From NCBI RefSeq assembly GCF_006345805.1, contig NC_043012.1:16988001-17052000 (forward strand): a stretch of DNA of 64,000 bases. Reading direction: 5' to 3'. Position numbers and translations under genes: made by a program. Under the pieces are notes generated by a model. It did no database searches, had not been told where the DNA came from, and worked only from the letters and a program-made list of their open reading frames with translations. Shown here one piece after another: positions 1-12,014 of this stretch (its first letter is position 1; the number at the start of each line of letters is the position of its first letter). Origin of the DNA: Octopus sinensis. Taxonomy: Eukaryota.

Positions 1-1275
1 AAAATGTGTTGGCCCATATATTGAAGAAGTCATTGGCTAATAAGTTTTTTGGATCTGATGATATGCCATAAAGCTAAACCCATTATGAACAGGAAGTCTA
101 GGGTAATCCCATAAACCAGCCTTCCTCATTTGTAATATATATATATGTATATTTAAATAATAAGGGTAAAAAATTGAATATTAATTTGATTAATATCAAT
201 TTAAACCAGTGGCCTAGCGTATCGAAGATTCAGAAAAATTATATTACATACATATAAGAGGGATGGTCATGTTTGGATGGTGCCAGTGGAATGTTAGAAG
301 CACCATTCTAGTGTGATTGTTGCCAGGGATGCTGACTGGCTCCCATGCTGGTGGCAGATAAAAAAGCACTATTCGAGCGTGGTCATTGCCATTGCCACCA
401 GACTGGCTCCTGTGCAGGTGGCATGTAAAAAGCACCATTTAAGCATGGCCGATGCCAGTATCGCCTGACTGGCCCTCTTACCGGTGGCACGTAAAAGAAC
501 CCACTACACTCTCGGAGTGGTTAGCGTTAGGAAGGGCATCCAGCTGTAGAAACTTTGCCAGATCAGATTGGATACTGGCTCACCAGTCTTCAGTCAAACC
601 GTCCAACCCATGCCAGCATGGAAAGCTGACGATGATGATGATGGTGATGATAATGATATATACTCATTACTTTTTCTTAATTCCCTATTATTTGCAACCA
701 GTTGCTTAAGCATAGAAGACCACAAACACTTCTATTTTGTCCTCATCTTTGTTCTGCTACCTCTTGCCTGAAGAAAGATTCTGTTTGAAATGACGGAAGC
801 TCTACTCTCCATGGCATTATCGTTTTACCCTTTCTGCCACTTTTACCAAATAACAAGTCTTGCTGATTTAGACTTCTACCAACCTCCTTGGATTCTGTTT
901 TATCTGATGTACATTCATCTACATCACGCACAAATAAATGGGTGTTTATATAGTTCATAGATTACACGTGTCTGCTCATAGCCTGTGTGTATAGTGTATA
1001 CACATACAATGTGTGTGTGTGGTGCATGGGCCTAGCAATACACACATTTAGAATTATTTGTATATTTTGTGTGGCTGTGTATATGAATTTGTGTATATGA
1101 ATGTGTGTGTGTATAGGAGTATTTATGTATGCTTATATATTCTTCTTCATCATCATAATCATCATCATTGTTTAATGTCTGCCCTCCTCCTTGCTGGTAT
1201 GGGTTGGACGGTTTGACGAGCTGGCCAGGCAGGAGGCGGCACTATTCTTCTGTGTCTGTTTTCCCAAAACATATT

Positions 1276-1306
<31 letters not shown>

Positions 1307-1482
1307 CTGTGTGTGTGTGTGTGTGTATATATATATAGGTATACATATATTCATGCACACACACACACAAACACACATTCGCTCATCATTCTGTATTTAA
1401 ACATTAATCCAACTCTATATTCCAGTGTCTAAGTTTCCTCTTCAGCGATAATCCATCAACTCTGATCAGTGAATAATCCTCT

Positions 1483-1710
1483 TTAACCCTTTTGATACCA
1501 ACTTGCCTGAAACCACACAGTTTTACAAAGCAATTTCCATTTTCTAGTGTTCTGCATTAAAACTTTCCATTAAAATTCCAAGTTAATTTATTATGTCTTA
1601 AACACCAGCTTAATTATGACAAAATTATTTGACTAAGCTCTAATTATTTTCAAGATTAATTGAAGCAAAATCTGTGTATTTCAACATAAATATAATTACA
1701 AAATAGTTAA
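1483..1710. mobile_element. piggyBac-like MITE remnant
   Basis: Begins TTAA-CCCTTTTG and ends ...AAAATAG-TTAA; a related copy in opposite orientation lies at ~44403-44650. Confidence 0.4.
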
Positions 1711-2054
1711 ATCACAATAACTATAGCAAATTGTCTTCCATATATGTCAGTGTCGCCTTACTGGCACATGTGTGTTCGTTGCCAGTGCTGCCGGACTGGT
1801 TCCAGTGCAGGTAGCACGTAAAAAACACATTTTGAGCATGGTCACTGCCAGAACTGCCTGACTGGCCCTCATGCCAGTTGCACATAAAAGCATCCACTAC
1901 ACTCTTGGAGTGGTTGGCGTTAGGAAGGGCATCCAGCTGTAGAAACGCTGCCAGATCAGACTGGAGCATGATGCAGCCTTCTGGCTTGCCAGTCTTCAGT
2001 CAACCCGTCTAACCCATGCCAGTATGGAAAACAGACGTTAAACGATGATGATGT

Positions 2055-2085
<31 letters not shown>

Positions 2086-2511
2086 CTAGAACAATTCTGT
2101 CACAACATAGACAAATGTTTTAGCCTCCTACTACAATGGCCTCTGTCAGTAATGCACTAGGTCCCATAGTATTTATTCATTGAAAGTAAGCCACATCAGG
2201 ATTGAACCCCTAAACCCATGAGCTTCCCCACCCCCATGAGCAACTGTCCAGTGTGGCCATTCTTTAAGATGGCACTGGCCTCTGTTCCTTTGAACTATCT
2301 AACTGCATCTTTCCCCTTTCTCCTTTTCTCGCCCGACGTATCTGCCCCTCTTCATCTCATCACATTTATAATGTGCACCTCTGATTACACTTGCTCAAAA
2401 TTAAAATTTTGACTAATCAGTCATTCTCAGAAGAGCTTTTCTCTTGAACATCCTGTCTGGCCCATGTTTTACCTGCAGATAGCAGTCAATAGATATTGAA
2501 CATGAACTAGA

Positions 2512-2800
2512 AAGGGCTGTAAAAGTCATGAACACTAACACTGTTCTAGGATGACCTACAAAGGTTATAGACACTGACAAGAATCTCTGATGACTTATGA
2601 AGGCCATAGACACTGACACGAACATGTGATGACCTATAAATGTCATACACACTGACATTAATCTAGGATGATCTATGAAGGTCATAATACTGGTATAAGT
2701 CTCTGATGACCTACAAAGACCATAGACACTTATATAAGTCTCTGATGAGCTACAAAGGTCATAGACACTAATGCATGTCTAGGATGACCTACAAAGGTTG
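2512..2800. repeat. 39-bp minisatellite, ~7 copies, with internal inverted repeat
   Basis: ATGACCT-ACAA-AGGTCATAGACACT-like blocks start at 2551, 2590, 2629, 2668, 2706, 2745 and 2784. Confidence 0.9.
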
Positions 2801-3596
2801 TGGGCACTTTTTCTAACATCAGTAGTTCTTAGACTTGTTGTCTCATGGAACCCTTATATGATTTTACGAAAATCGTGGAACCCTTACCTGTATTTTAATC
2901 AGATTTTAAACAAAACAAAAAACAATTTTAGAGAATTTATTCATATATCTAAAAAAATATCCATTTCACATTACTTTGGAATCATGAAAACCAATTTTTT
3001 TTCATGAGAGGAATTTTTATTGAATTTTACAAAAAAGATCCTCTAACTTACAGAATCTCAGAATTTTTTTCACAAAATTCTTGGATTCTTTAGAATCCAT
3101 TTGGAGAAATATTAATTTAAATTCCTTACAAGTTTTTTTAGGGGGGACAAGTATTCTTTTTTCAAATCTATCAAGCTGTTGATCTCACATCTGTAGATCT
3201 TTTTTCTATTACATGACAGGTGACACATAAGGATCCTCCCCACCTCTCTCCCTCTCTCTCCATGCTGCTCAATCAGTGGCCGTGATTCACACTTTGTTCC
3301 ACGTTCCCCATTTACCTGTCTGTTTTGATAGTTCTTCTCCAGGTATTCATTGATCTTCTGTACTTCCTCCTTCTTTCAGAAGCCCAGCACAATCAGCCCT
3401 TGGGTTTCCTCTTCAGCTTTCACTCATCACGTTACAGTTCCTTCTCTTTCCAGGCTCGGAACCAATGTCTCTCCAAGATAGATTCTGAGTGTTTCAAGTG
3501 TTTATAATTTGAAGATTATCTTTTCAGTATCAAGTGATTAGCCCAATGGCCAACCTTCAGGATTGGTTTTCTGTCAGGTTTACCTTCCCTTAAACC

Positions 3597-3860
3597 AGTG
3601 GATCTCAGCCATTTTTTACCTATGGCCCTCTTTGATCCCTATTACAAATTTTATAATTAAACATTTTTAGGAATTGTATAAAAATTGTTTAAATAGACGT
3701 AGGAGTGGCTGTGTAGTAAGTAGCTTGCTTACCAACCACATGGTTCATGGTTCAATCTCATTGCATGGCACCTTAGGCAAGTGTCTTCTACTATAGCCTC
3801 GAGTCGATCAAAGCCTTGTGAGTGGATTTGGTAGATGGAAACTGAAAGAAGCCTGTCGTA

Positions 3861-3933
<73 letters not shown>

Positions 3934-4263
3934 ATGTGTGTATATATATATTTGTGTGTCTGTGTTTGTCCCCCCAACATCGCTTGACAACCGATGGTGG
4001 TGTGTTTACGTCCCTGTAACTTAGTGGTTCGGCAAAAGAGACCGATAGAATAAGTACTAGGCTTAGAAAGAATAAGTCCTGGGATTGACTTGCTCGACTA
4101 AAGGCGGTGTTCCAGCATGGCCACAGTGAAATGACTGAAACAAGTAAAAAAGTAAATACTTTGTGTATTGTAGAAGTAGAGCCATTTTATTGGACAAAAA
4201 TTTTAGCAACAAAATCTTATGTGAACCCCTAAGGGTCATATGGACCCTGGATGAGAACCACTG
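3597..4263. mobile_element. hAT(Charlie)-like MITE split by a SINE
   Basis: Ends CAGTGGATCTCAGCC / GGATGAGAACCACTG; SINE at ~3700-4155 inside; related end GGTTGAGAACCA at ~47450. Confidence 0.6.
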
Positions 4264-4307
4264 CCTGACACTGTCATAGAGCTGCCCATGCTTATAAACT
4301 CCATCTG

Positions 4308-4536
4308 CCTACTAACCCCAAAATTCTGAGTTCGATTCCAAGCAGTGACCATAATAATAATAATAATAATAATAATAATATCGAAAAATACCTTAGGAAT
4401 GAGAACTTAGGTTCGAAATTTCCCCCAAGACACCTGAAGAAGCCCGGAGGGTATATCAGCCAAAACGTTGTGTTAACAACAATCAAGATGAGGACGAATA
4501 TCTGTCGAATGTAAATAATGTAAATAGTGTAAATAA
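4308..4536 (+). mobile_element. 5'-truncated copy of the HHR-bearing SINE
   Basis: B box GTTCGATTCC, (TAA)n, ACAC-CTGAAGA-...CAGCC-AAAA-CG-TT-GTGT at 4430-4473, same tail as the 37590 copy. Confidence 0.7.
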
Positions 4537-5341
4537 TACTATGGCTATATGTATTACTTTGCTTGTTTCTCACCTGTTTCTGTCATTCCGTAAACTTCAA
4601 ATGTAGATAATGATGATGATAATGATGATGATACTGCTGGTGATGATGATGATGGTGATGATAATGATGGTGATGGTTTTAATGAAGGTGGTAGTGGTTG
4701 GTTATGATAAACATGCATATGATTTAGATGCTGCTGGCAGTTGATGATGATGATGGTGGTGGTGGTGATAGTGGTGATGGCATTGATGGTGTTGGTGGTG
4801 ATGATGATGATATTGTTGCTGCTTATAATTACATTACTGACAACGATGAAGTCATTAGTCAGTACAAAAACTGGTTTGGCTTTACATTCGCTGAGCTCCA
4901 GAAACTTTGGCGTTCACTCAAAAGAGAAGACATCTCAAGATAAAGATAGCTTGATAAATAATCCATTCAAGACATTTATTTATCATTTCCTTCACACTTT
5001 TATGAGAGCCTCTTACTATTATTATTGTTATCGGTGGATGTTATAAGTGAAGGCGCCAAACTGGCAGAAACATTAGCATGATGGGCAAAATGCTTAGTGG
5101 TTTTTGTTTATCTTTATGTCCTGAGTTCAAATTCGGCTGAGGGGTCAATGAAATAAGTACTAGTCAACTGGGGTCGATGTAATTGTCTCCTTGTCCCCCG
5201 AATTTCAGGCTTTGTGCCTTTAGTAGAAAGGATTATTATTCATGCGTAGAACTTTTTTTCTGGTGTTTAATTACATCTCTTTACATCTTGAATTCAAATC
5301 CCATTGAGGTTAACTTTGCCTTCTGTGATTGGAGAATGATT

Positions 5342-5462
5342 AAATAAAGGACCAATCAAGTACTTAAGGGGAAACAAAGGACCAATCAAATACTGAAGAT
5401 GAAATAAAGGACCAATCAAATACTTAAGGTGAAATAAAAGACCAATCAAATACTTAAGATGA
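5342..5462. repeat. 30-bp tandem repeat, 4 copies
   Basis: AAATAAAGGACCAATCAAATACTTAAG(G/A)TG repeated in register. Confidence 0.9.
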
Positions 5463-7623
5463 CATTATCAGCTCAGTCAATTTCATCTTCTAAATTTATG
5501 GTTTTGTACTTAAATTGGAATAATTTTCATTGGCTTTCATATTCAAGAGCTGTTGGTTGGTAGAATTGCTGAAGTGTTGGACAAAATGCTTTGCATATGT
5601 CTTCTAGAACTTTTATGTTCTGAGTTCAAATCCTTCTTAAGTCAACTTCCCTTTTCATTCTTTTGAGGTCAATAACAAAGTACCAGCCAGCTTTTGGGGT
5701 CAGTGGTATTGAATGACCTTTCTTTTTGCATTGGCACTGCATAACGAGAACCCGTCGAGGTATCTCATATTTAAGAGGAGTGTATATGTCTATTATTAGG
5801 GGGTAACCAGGTGGAATCCTTACCATTGCAGACAAAATGTTTAGTGGCATTTGGTCCTTCTTAATGTTCTGGGTTCAAGTTCTGCTGAGGTTGGCTTTGC
5901 CTTTCATCCTTTTGTAGGGGTCAGAAATATAAGCAGCAGTTGAGTACTGAGGGTGGTGGTGGTGGTCAATGTCATTGACTTACTCCATCACGAAAATACT
6001 GGCTGTCTGCCAAAATTTGAAATCATCATCATCATCATCGTCATAGCTTCTATCATACCACCAAGTTCACCCCCATCTCCCAAAGCACAATACTGAATAA
6101 AGTGTTTTTGTTTTTGTTTTTGGAAGTTCGTTGTATTCAAATCAAAATGCGCAAAAGACAGAAATTGTGTTGTGTTACTCTTCCGAGGATACTGATTGTG
6201 ATTATTGTTGTTGTGTTTTTAATGTGTTTGTGTGGAGTTGTGTTATTATGTGCTTTAGTGTCAGACGATGATTATGCATGGTATGTGTTATTATTTCATT
6301 GCAGTAATAATTATGCAAAGTATGTCGCTCTTATATTATATTATATTGGAGTTGTGTGATGTGTTGATTGGTGGTGCATGTGATGTTTAATAGTGTTGCA
6401 TGTCAATTTTATGTAAATATGCTTCGGTTTATTGGATGGTGATTGCATCGAAGTAAGGGTTCTTAATGTTTTATAGCACATCCTTTTACTGAATACAGTT
6501 TCATAAACTTTCACTTTGCATGTTTATCCCACCACTCCCTACAAAAACCAACCAACATACAAAAAAAAATGTCCTCAGCAGTCAAACAGAAGCTAATTTC
6601 ATACCAATGGTTTATATTCTGTTTTTATTTCTTTCATTCATTGGGCTGCAGCCATGCTGGGGCAGTACCTGGAAAGAATTTAGCTGAATAAACCAACCCT
6701 AGTATAGTCTGGTACTTATTCTGTCGATCTCTTTTGCTGAACTGCCAAGTCGAGGGGATGTAAACAAGTTGACACAGGTTGTTGAGTGATAGTGGCAGAG
6801 GGGAGGGGAAAAACGCAGACATTAAAATACACACATTCTCTCTCTTTCCCTTTCTCTCCCTCCCTTTCTCTCTCTTGCTCTCTCTCTCTCTCTCTCTCAC
6901 TCACACACACACCCTAGGTTTCCATACAGTTTCCATCTACCAAATTCACTTACAAAGCATTGGTTGGCCCAGGTCTATAGTAGAAGACACTTGCCTTGAT
7001 GCCATGCAGTGGGACTGAACCTGAAGCCACAGGGTTGCAAAGCAAGCTTCTTAACCACACAACCTTGCTTCCACCACTCGTATGTCTCTTTTTGTACTTT
7101 TCAATCTATGAAGGAAGCAGTGCTCATGCTCCTTTACGGGGCCTCCAAGACTGATGGGAAGGAAGAAAGAAGACGTCAATCAAACTGGACGCTTAGCCCA
7201 AATGATTGCAAGGGATTAAATTCTGCAAAAGGTGCCCATGGTCCCAGGTTGTGTTTGTAGTAAATCAGGCAGTGCATTGACTCTACCATTCATGTAGGCA
7301 GTGGCAGGATTTGAACTCAGAATGTGAAGGCTGAAACAAATACCACAAGGCATGTAGTCCAGTGTTCTTGCTGTTACTTCAACCCTCTTTCCTGGATTGG
7401 TATTTTTTATTGAGATCCCTTGCCACCAACAAAAAGAATGATGGGCCAAGTCAACCTTGGCTTTTTGGGTGAGTCATGTTATATCGGAAGGAGATGGTTG
7501 CGGGTGGATGTTTGGATGCTGAAGATTTGACACAGCTGATTGGGTATTGAACTTGCTTTGGTGGCAGTACCTTTTAGGCACACACTTGCATGCATACAGA
7601 AATATACTCATGTATCATCATCG

Positions 7624-7667
<44 letters not shown>

Positions 7668-7876
7668 AACAACAGCAGCAGCATTTAATGTCTGTTGTCC
7701 ATGCTGGTATGGGTTGGACAGTTTGACTGGGCTGGCATGCTGGAAGGCTGCGCCAAGATTTGGATGCCCTTCCTAATGTCAATCACTCTGAATTTGTAAT
7801 GGGTGCTTTTATGCACTACCAGCACCAGTGCTATTTGGGTAATATATATATATATATATATCTATATATATATATA

Positions 7877-8125
7877 CTTATTTTAAATAGTGTACATTTA
7901 AACACAAAAGAAAACTACCCTTTAACAGGTAATTTTTACATGCTAGAAGATGCAGCCAACACAGCCAAAACCATGATTTAATAGCAATTTTCGAAGGAAA
8001 TGAAAAATAAAAATTGCTATTAAATCATGGTTTTGGCCGTGTTGGCTGCTTCTTCTAGCATGTAAAGATTACCTGTTAAAGGGTAGTTTTCTTTTGTGTT
8101 TAAATGTACACTATTTTAAAATAAG
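7877..8125. repeat. Long fold-back element (~115-bp arms, ~18-nt spacer) in (TA)n
   Basis: CTTATTTTAAATAGTGTACATTTAAACACAAAAGAAAACTACCCTTTAACAGGTAAT... pairs with ...ATTACCTGTTAAAGGGTAGTTTTCTTTTGTGTTTAAATGTACACTATTTTAAAATAAG with few mismatches. Confidence 0.95.
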
Positions 8126-8747
8126 AATATGTTGTCTATCAACTATTTATACATGCTAGGCCACTGGTGGTGATATTTCTAATGAATACTCACTACCCTA
8201 TATATGTATCTTATGTATGTATATGTATATATATAGAGAGAGAGAGAGAGAAAGAGAGAAAGTGAGAACATTACAATTTATTAATTGAACTCAACATAAA
8301 CTCTTCTTCTTCTCATAAATACAAGGAGAGAAAGAGAGACAGACAGAGAGAGGGAGGGAGGAGAAGAATGAAAGAAATGTCAAAGACATTTGCATTGAAT
8401 CAGCAAGATTCCCTTGTTCGAAAATCTAAGGACACAGATCGTGTCGTAAAGCCAGCTGGAGAGGATGTCTCTTGGGGCTAAATTAGAGCAACATTCATCC
8501 TAAACCAGGACTGCCATGTTATGTTGGCAAATAATTTTTTTTTTTATGTGAACAGTTGTGAGCACTGCTATGGTTTTTATGTTTTTCTTGATGCTCTTCT
8601 TTACCATATCGAATGATTTAATTAGCATTATTCCTGTTTTTACTTTCATACCCAATTCCCTGCTGTTCAAGGCTTTTGTGAATGGAAACGAGCAGAATGT
8701 TGGGTATGAAAGTAGAAAACAGTTCCAGGATGGGCGTGGAGAAGAGT

Positions 8748-9082
8748 AAGATTATAGAATTTGCAATATCATACGATAATAGACTGGATGCAAAAGAACT
8801 GAGAAATATCAGGATCTAATCAGAGAGATGAAGAGATTGTGGAAAATAATGATGTCAAGTATTCTTGTGGTAATTGGTGCAACTGACACAATACCCAAAC
8901 TGCTACTTAAAGAGGCTGTAGGTTGTTGGAATTAAGATTTGCATTGTCACTCTGCAGAAAAGTACTGTCTTGTATGCTGCAAGAACCCTAACAAAGATTC
9001 TTGACGTTTGAGGGCACTTGTTACCCCGTCTCAAGACGACATCCCTGCTAACGAGTCAAGCATATAGTTGCTTTAATAATAA
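8748..9082 (+). mobile_element. 3' end of R4/Dong-type non-LTR retrotransposon (restriction-like endonuclease region), frameshifted
   Basis: Translates IIEFAISYDNRLDAKE / EKYQDLIREMKRLWK...VVIGATDTIPK / LQKSTVLYAARTLTKILDV*, the typical RLE C-terminus; short UTR ending in TAATAATAA. Confidence 0.8.
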
Positions 9083-9285
9083 GGTGTCAAATTTTGATGG
9101 CAGGCCATTGTTGATTATATTTACCCCAGTGCTTCATTGTTATTTTATTTTATTGACCCTGTAAAGATGAAAAGCAAAGCTAACCTCAGCAAGATTTGGA
9201 CTCATGGTGCAGGGCCACAATAAACCCTATTCAACATTTTGTTCAATGTGCTAACGATTCTGTGAGCTTGCTGCCTCAGTAATGA

Positions 9286-9323
<38 letters not shown>

Positions 9324-10690
9324 GTAGTAGTAAAGACCCCTTTTGGTCATGAATGACTATGGGATTGCACCTAGTAAGTTCCCCTCTGAGGCACAAGTCT
9401 GGGCAAGGTTAGACCAGTAGTTGCCCATGCATACCAGCCTCCCTCTCTCCACGCCACCAGTGTTATCCAAGGGAAAGGCAAAGGGGCCGATACAGCTTGG
9501 CACCACTGACATTGTAACTCATTTCTACAGCTGAGTGAACTGGAGCAACGTGAAGTAAAGTGTCTTGCTCAAGATCACAACACACAGCCTGGTCCGGGGA
9601 TTGAACGCACTACCTCATGATTATGAATCTTCACAGATATGAGGCATTTGTTGGGAATTTAGTTCTTCTTCTGATATTACTTATTTCGTTACTACCCACA
9701 AGGGGCTAAACACAGAGGGGACAAACAAGGACAGACAAACGGATTAAGTCGATTATATCGACCCCAGTGCGTAACTGATACTTAATTTATCGACCCCGAA
9801 AGGATGAAAGGCAAAGTCTACCTCGGCGGAATTTGAACTCAGAACGTAATGGCAGACAAAAGACGGCTACGCTACTACTATTGTTATTATCATTTATCAT
9901 TATTTTTATTGTTATTATTATTATCACCATTTATTATTATCATTATGATTATCATTTATTATTATTATTATTATCATCATCATTTATTATTATCATTTAT
10001 TATCATCATCATTTATTATTATCATTTAGTATCATTACTATTATCTTTGATTATTATTATTATTATTATTATTACTACCTGCCCTAAGTAATAAGGTCAC
10101 TGCTGCTAGAAAATCAGCCAGTATACTGATGTTCTCCAAACATCTCATTCCATTCCATTTCATTCTCTCTCTAATTCATGGCATGGTTTTAATTCTAGAA
10201 TTTGCAAATATAATAAACTTTTTTTTTGTCTTTTCTTTCTTTCCATTTTTGTTTGATGAGTATTTTTTTTTTAATGAAGATTTTTCAAATTATAAATTGC
10301 AATTTCACTTACTTTATATTAATAGAGTATTCTTTATATGCACACATGCGCATGCGTGCAGACACACACACACACACACACACGTGGAGAGAAAGAGAGG
10401 TAGGGAAAAGAAACACTGTGCATTCTATTTTTTCAAAAAAATTTATTCTTTATGTATTAATTTTTTTTGAAAGGTAAAATTTAATTAAGTATCAAATTAA
10501 GAACATAAATTTATCATGATTATTACTATATTTCTGATGGTATGCGAATGTGTGTTTGTGTATCTGTATCTGTTTGTGTATATATATATATGTATATATA
10601 CTACATTATATATATAATGTAGTGTATATACATATATATATATTTATAATGTAGTATATATATATATATGTATACACACACACATATATA

Positions 10691-11337
10691 TACGAGGTGG
10701 TATCAAAAAGTTCTTGGACTAGTTATGTGTAATAAAAAATAACTTATTTACCTAAGTTCTAACATCATCTTTGAAATAGCGACCTTGTGCAGCAATGCAC
10801 CAGTACCAGTGTTCCTGCCACTTTTGGAATCTGGCCTGGAAGTCGTTTTCTGTAAGTTAGTCAAGGACCTTCTGCGATTCGCTCTTGATCTTGACCACAG
10901 TGTTAAAACAATAACCTTTGAGCTGCGTTTTCATCTTGGGGAAGCGATGGAAGTCCACAGGTGCTAAATTTGGTGAATAGGACACATGCAGAAGCAATAC
11001 CATGTTGCATTTGGTGAGAAATTCCTGAGTGGTGACAAAGTGCAATGTTGTGAAGAATCTAAATCTTTGTGCTCCACAGATCTGGTTGCTTTCACTAAAT
11101 GCCTTCCCTCAAATGCTTCAAAACATCGTTGAGTATCCTCCAACGATTCTCATGCACAAGCTTATGAATTTTCCACATTCAGGAGTGGCTGCGTGGTAAG
11201 TAGCTTGCTAACCAACCACATGGTTCCAGGTTCAGTCCCACTGCATGGCATCTTGGGCAAGTGTCTTCTGCTATAGCCCCGGGTCGACCAATGCCTTGTG
11301 AGTGGATTTGGTAGACGGAAACTGAAAGAAGCCTGTC

Positions 11338-11383
<46 letters not shown>

Positions 11384-12014
11384 ATGTGTGTGTGTTTGTC
11401 CCCCTAGCATTGCTTGACAACCAATGCTGGTGTGTTTACGTCCCCGTAACTTAGCGGTTCGGCAAAAGAGACTGATAGAATAAGTACTGGGCTTACAAAG
11501 AATAAGTCCCAGGGTCGATTTGCTCGACTAAAGGCGGTGCTCCAGCATGGCCGCAGTCAAATGACTGAAACAAGTAAAAGAGTAAAAGAGTATTCCCAGA
11601 AGTTAGGCTTGGGGTGATTCCTATGGTAGGTCTGCTAGATCACCCATCATCTTCCAGGGATGTTCTTCTTCTTTTCAAATGCCCATGCCACTCAAAACAT
11701 TGCGTATAACCCATTGCCTCAATGCCATAAGCTTGTTGAAGCAAGCTCAATATCTCTATAGCAGACTTCTTAAATTTAACACAAAATTTCATGTTGGCTC
11801 TTTGTTCCAACTTTCTGTCGATGACAAAAATCACGGACTACAGCTTACATATGATCACAAAAACACAAATCTCACAACTTGCAAAGTAAACACAGTGATA
11901 TCATTCGGCACACTGGCTCATGATGGTCACTGTTAGCTTTCACTGTACATGCAACCATGTGCTTCCATCTGTTGGCATGCTACAGAACTAGTCCAGGAAC
12001 TTTTTGATACCATA
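10691..12014 (-). mobile_element. Decayed mariner transposon interrupted by a SINE
   Basis: TIRs GGTATCAAAAAGTTCTTGGACTAGTT / AACTAGTCCAGGAACTTTTTGATACC; minus-strand fragments EQRANMKFCVKFKKSA...AYG...CFEW (Mos1-type HTH) and YSPNLAP.DF..FPKMK..LKG (YSPDL motif). Confidence 0.9.
11181..11591 (+). mobile_element. Most abundant SINE family (tRNA-like head, internal TA/TG microsatellite, (AAAAGAGT)n tail); representative copy
   Basis: AGGAGTGGCTG.GTGGTAAG...GGTTCAGTCCC...TTGGGCAAGTGTCTTC...GACTGAAACAAGTAAAAGAGT. Other copies (approximate): 3700-4155+, 6633-7068-, 12760-13148+, 21985-22140+, 22275-22420-, 34265-34985-, 38290-38610-, 40567-41031-, 41487-41825+, 43790-44142-, 49210-49600-, 60275-60425-, 61870-62215+. 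Confidence 0.9.

Noticed and set aside
765-810. CTGAAGA...GAAA near 768-790
   Set aside because: No properly placed UH site or stem I; probably chance.
2512-2800. 39-bp repeat as a CRISPR array or hammerhead array (contains CTGATGA)
   Set aside because: No unique spacers or cas genes in a eukaryotic context, and no GAAA/UH half of the ribozyme core.
4835-4943. Protein-looking peptide DNDEVISQYKNWFGFTFAELQKLWRSLKREDISR
   Set aside because: Short, with no acceptor site or recognisable family; the rest of the ORF is (GAT/GGT)n.
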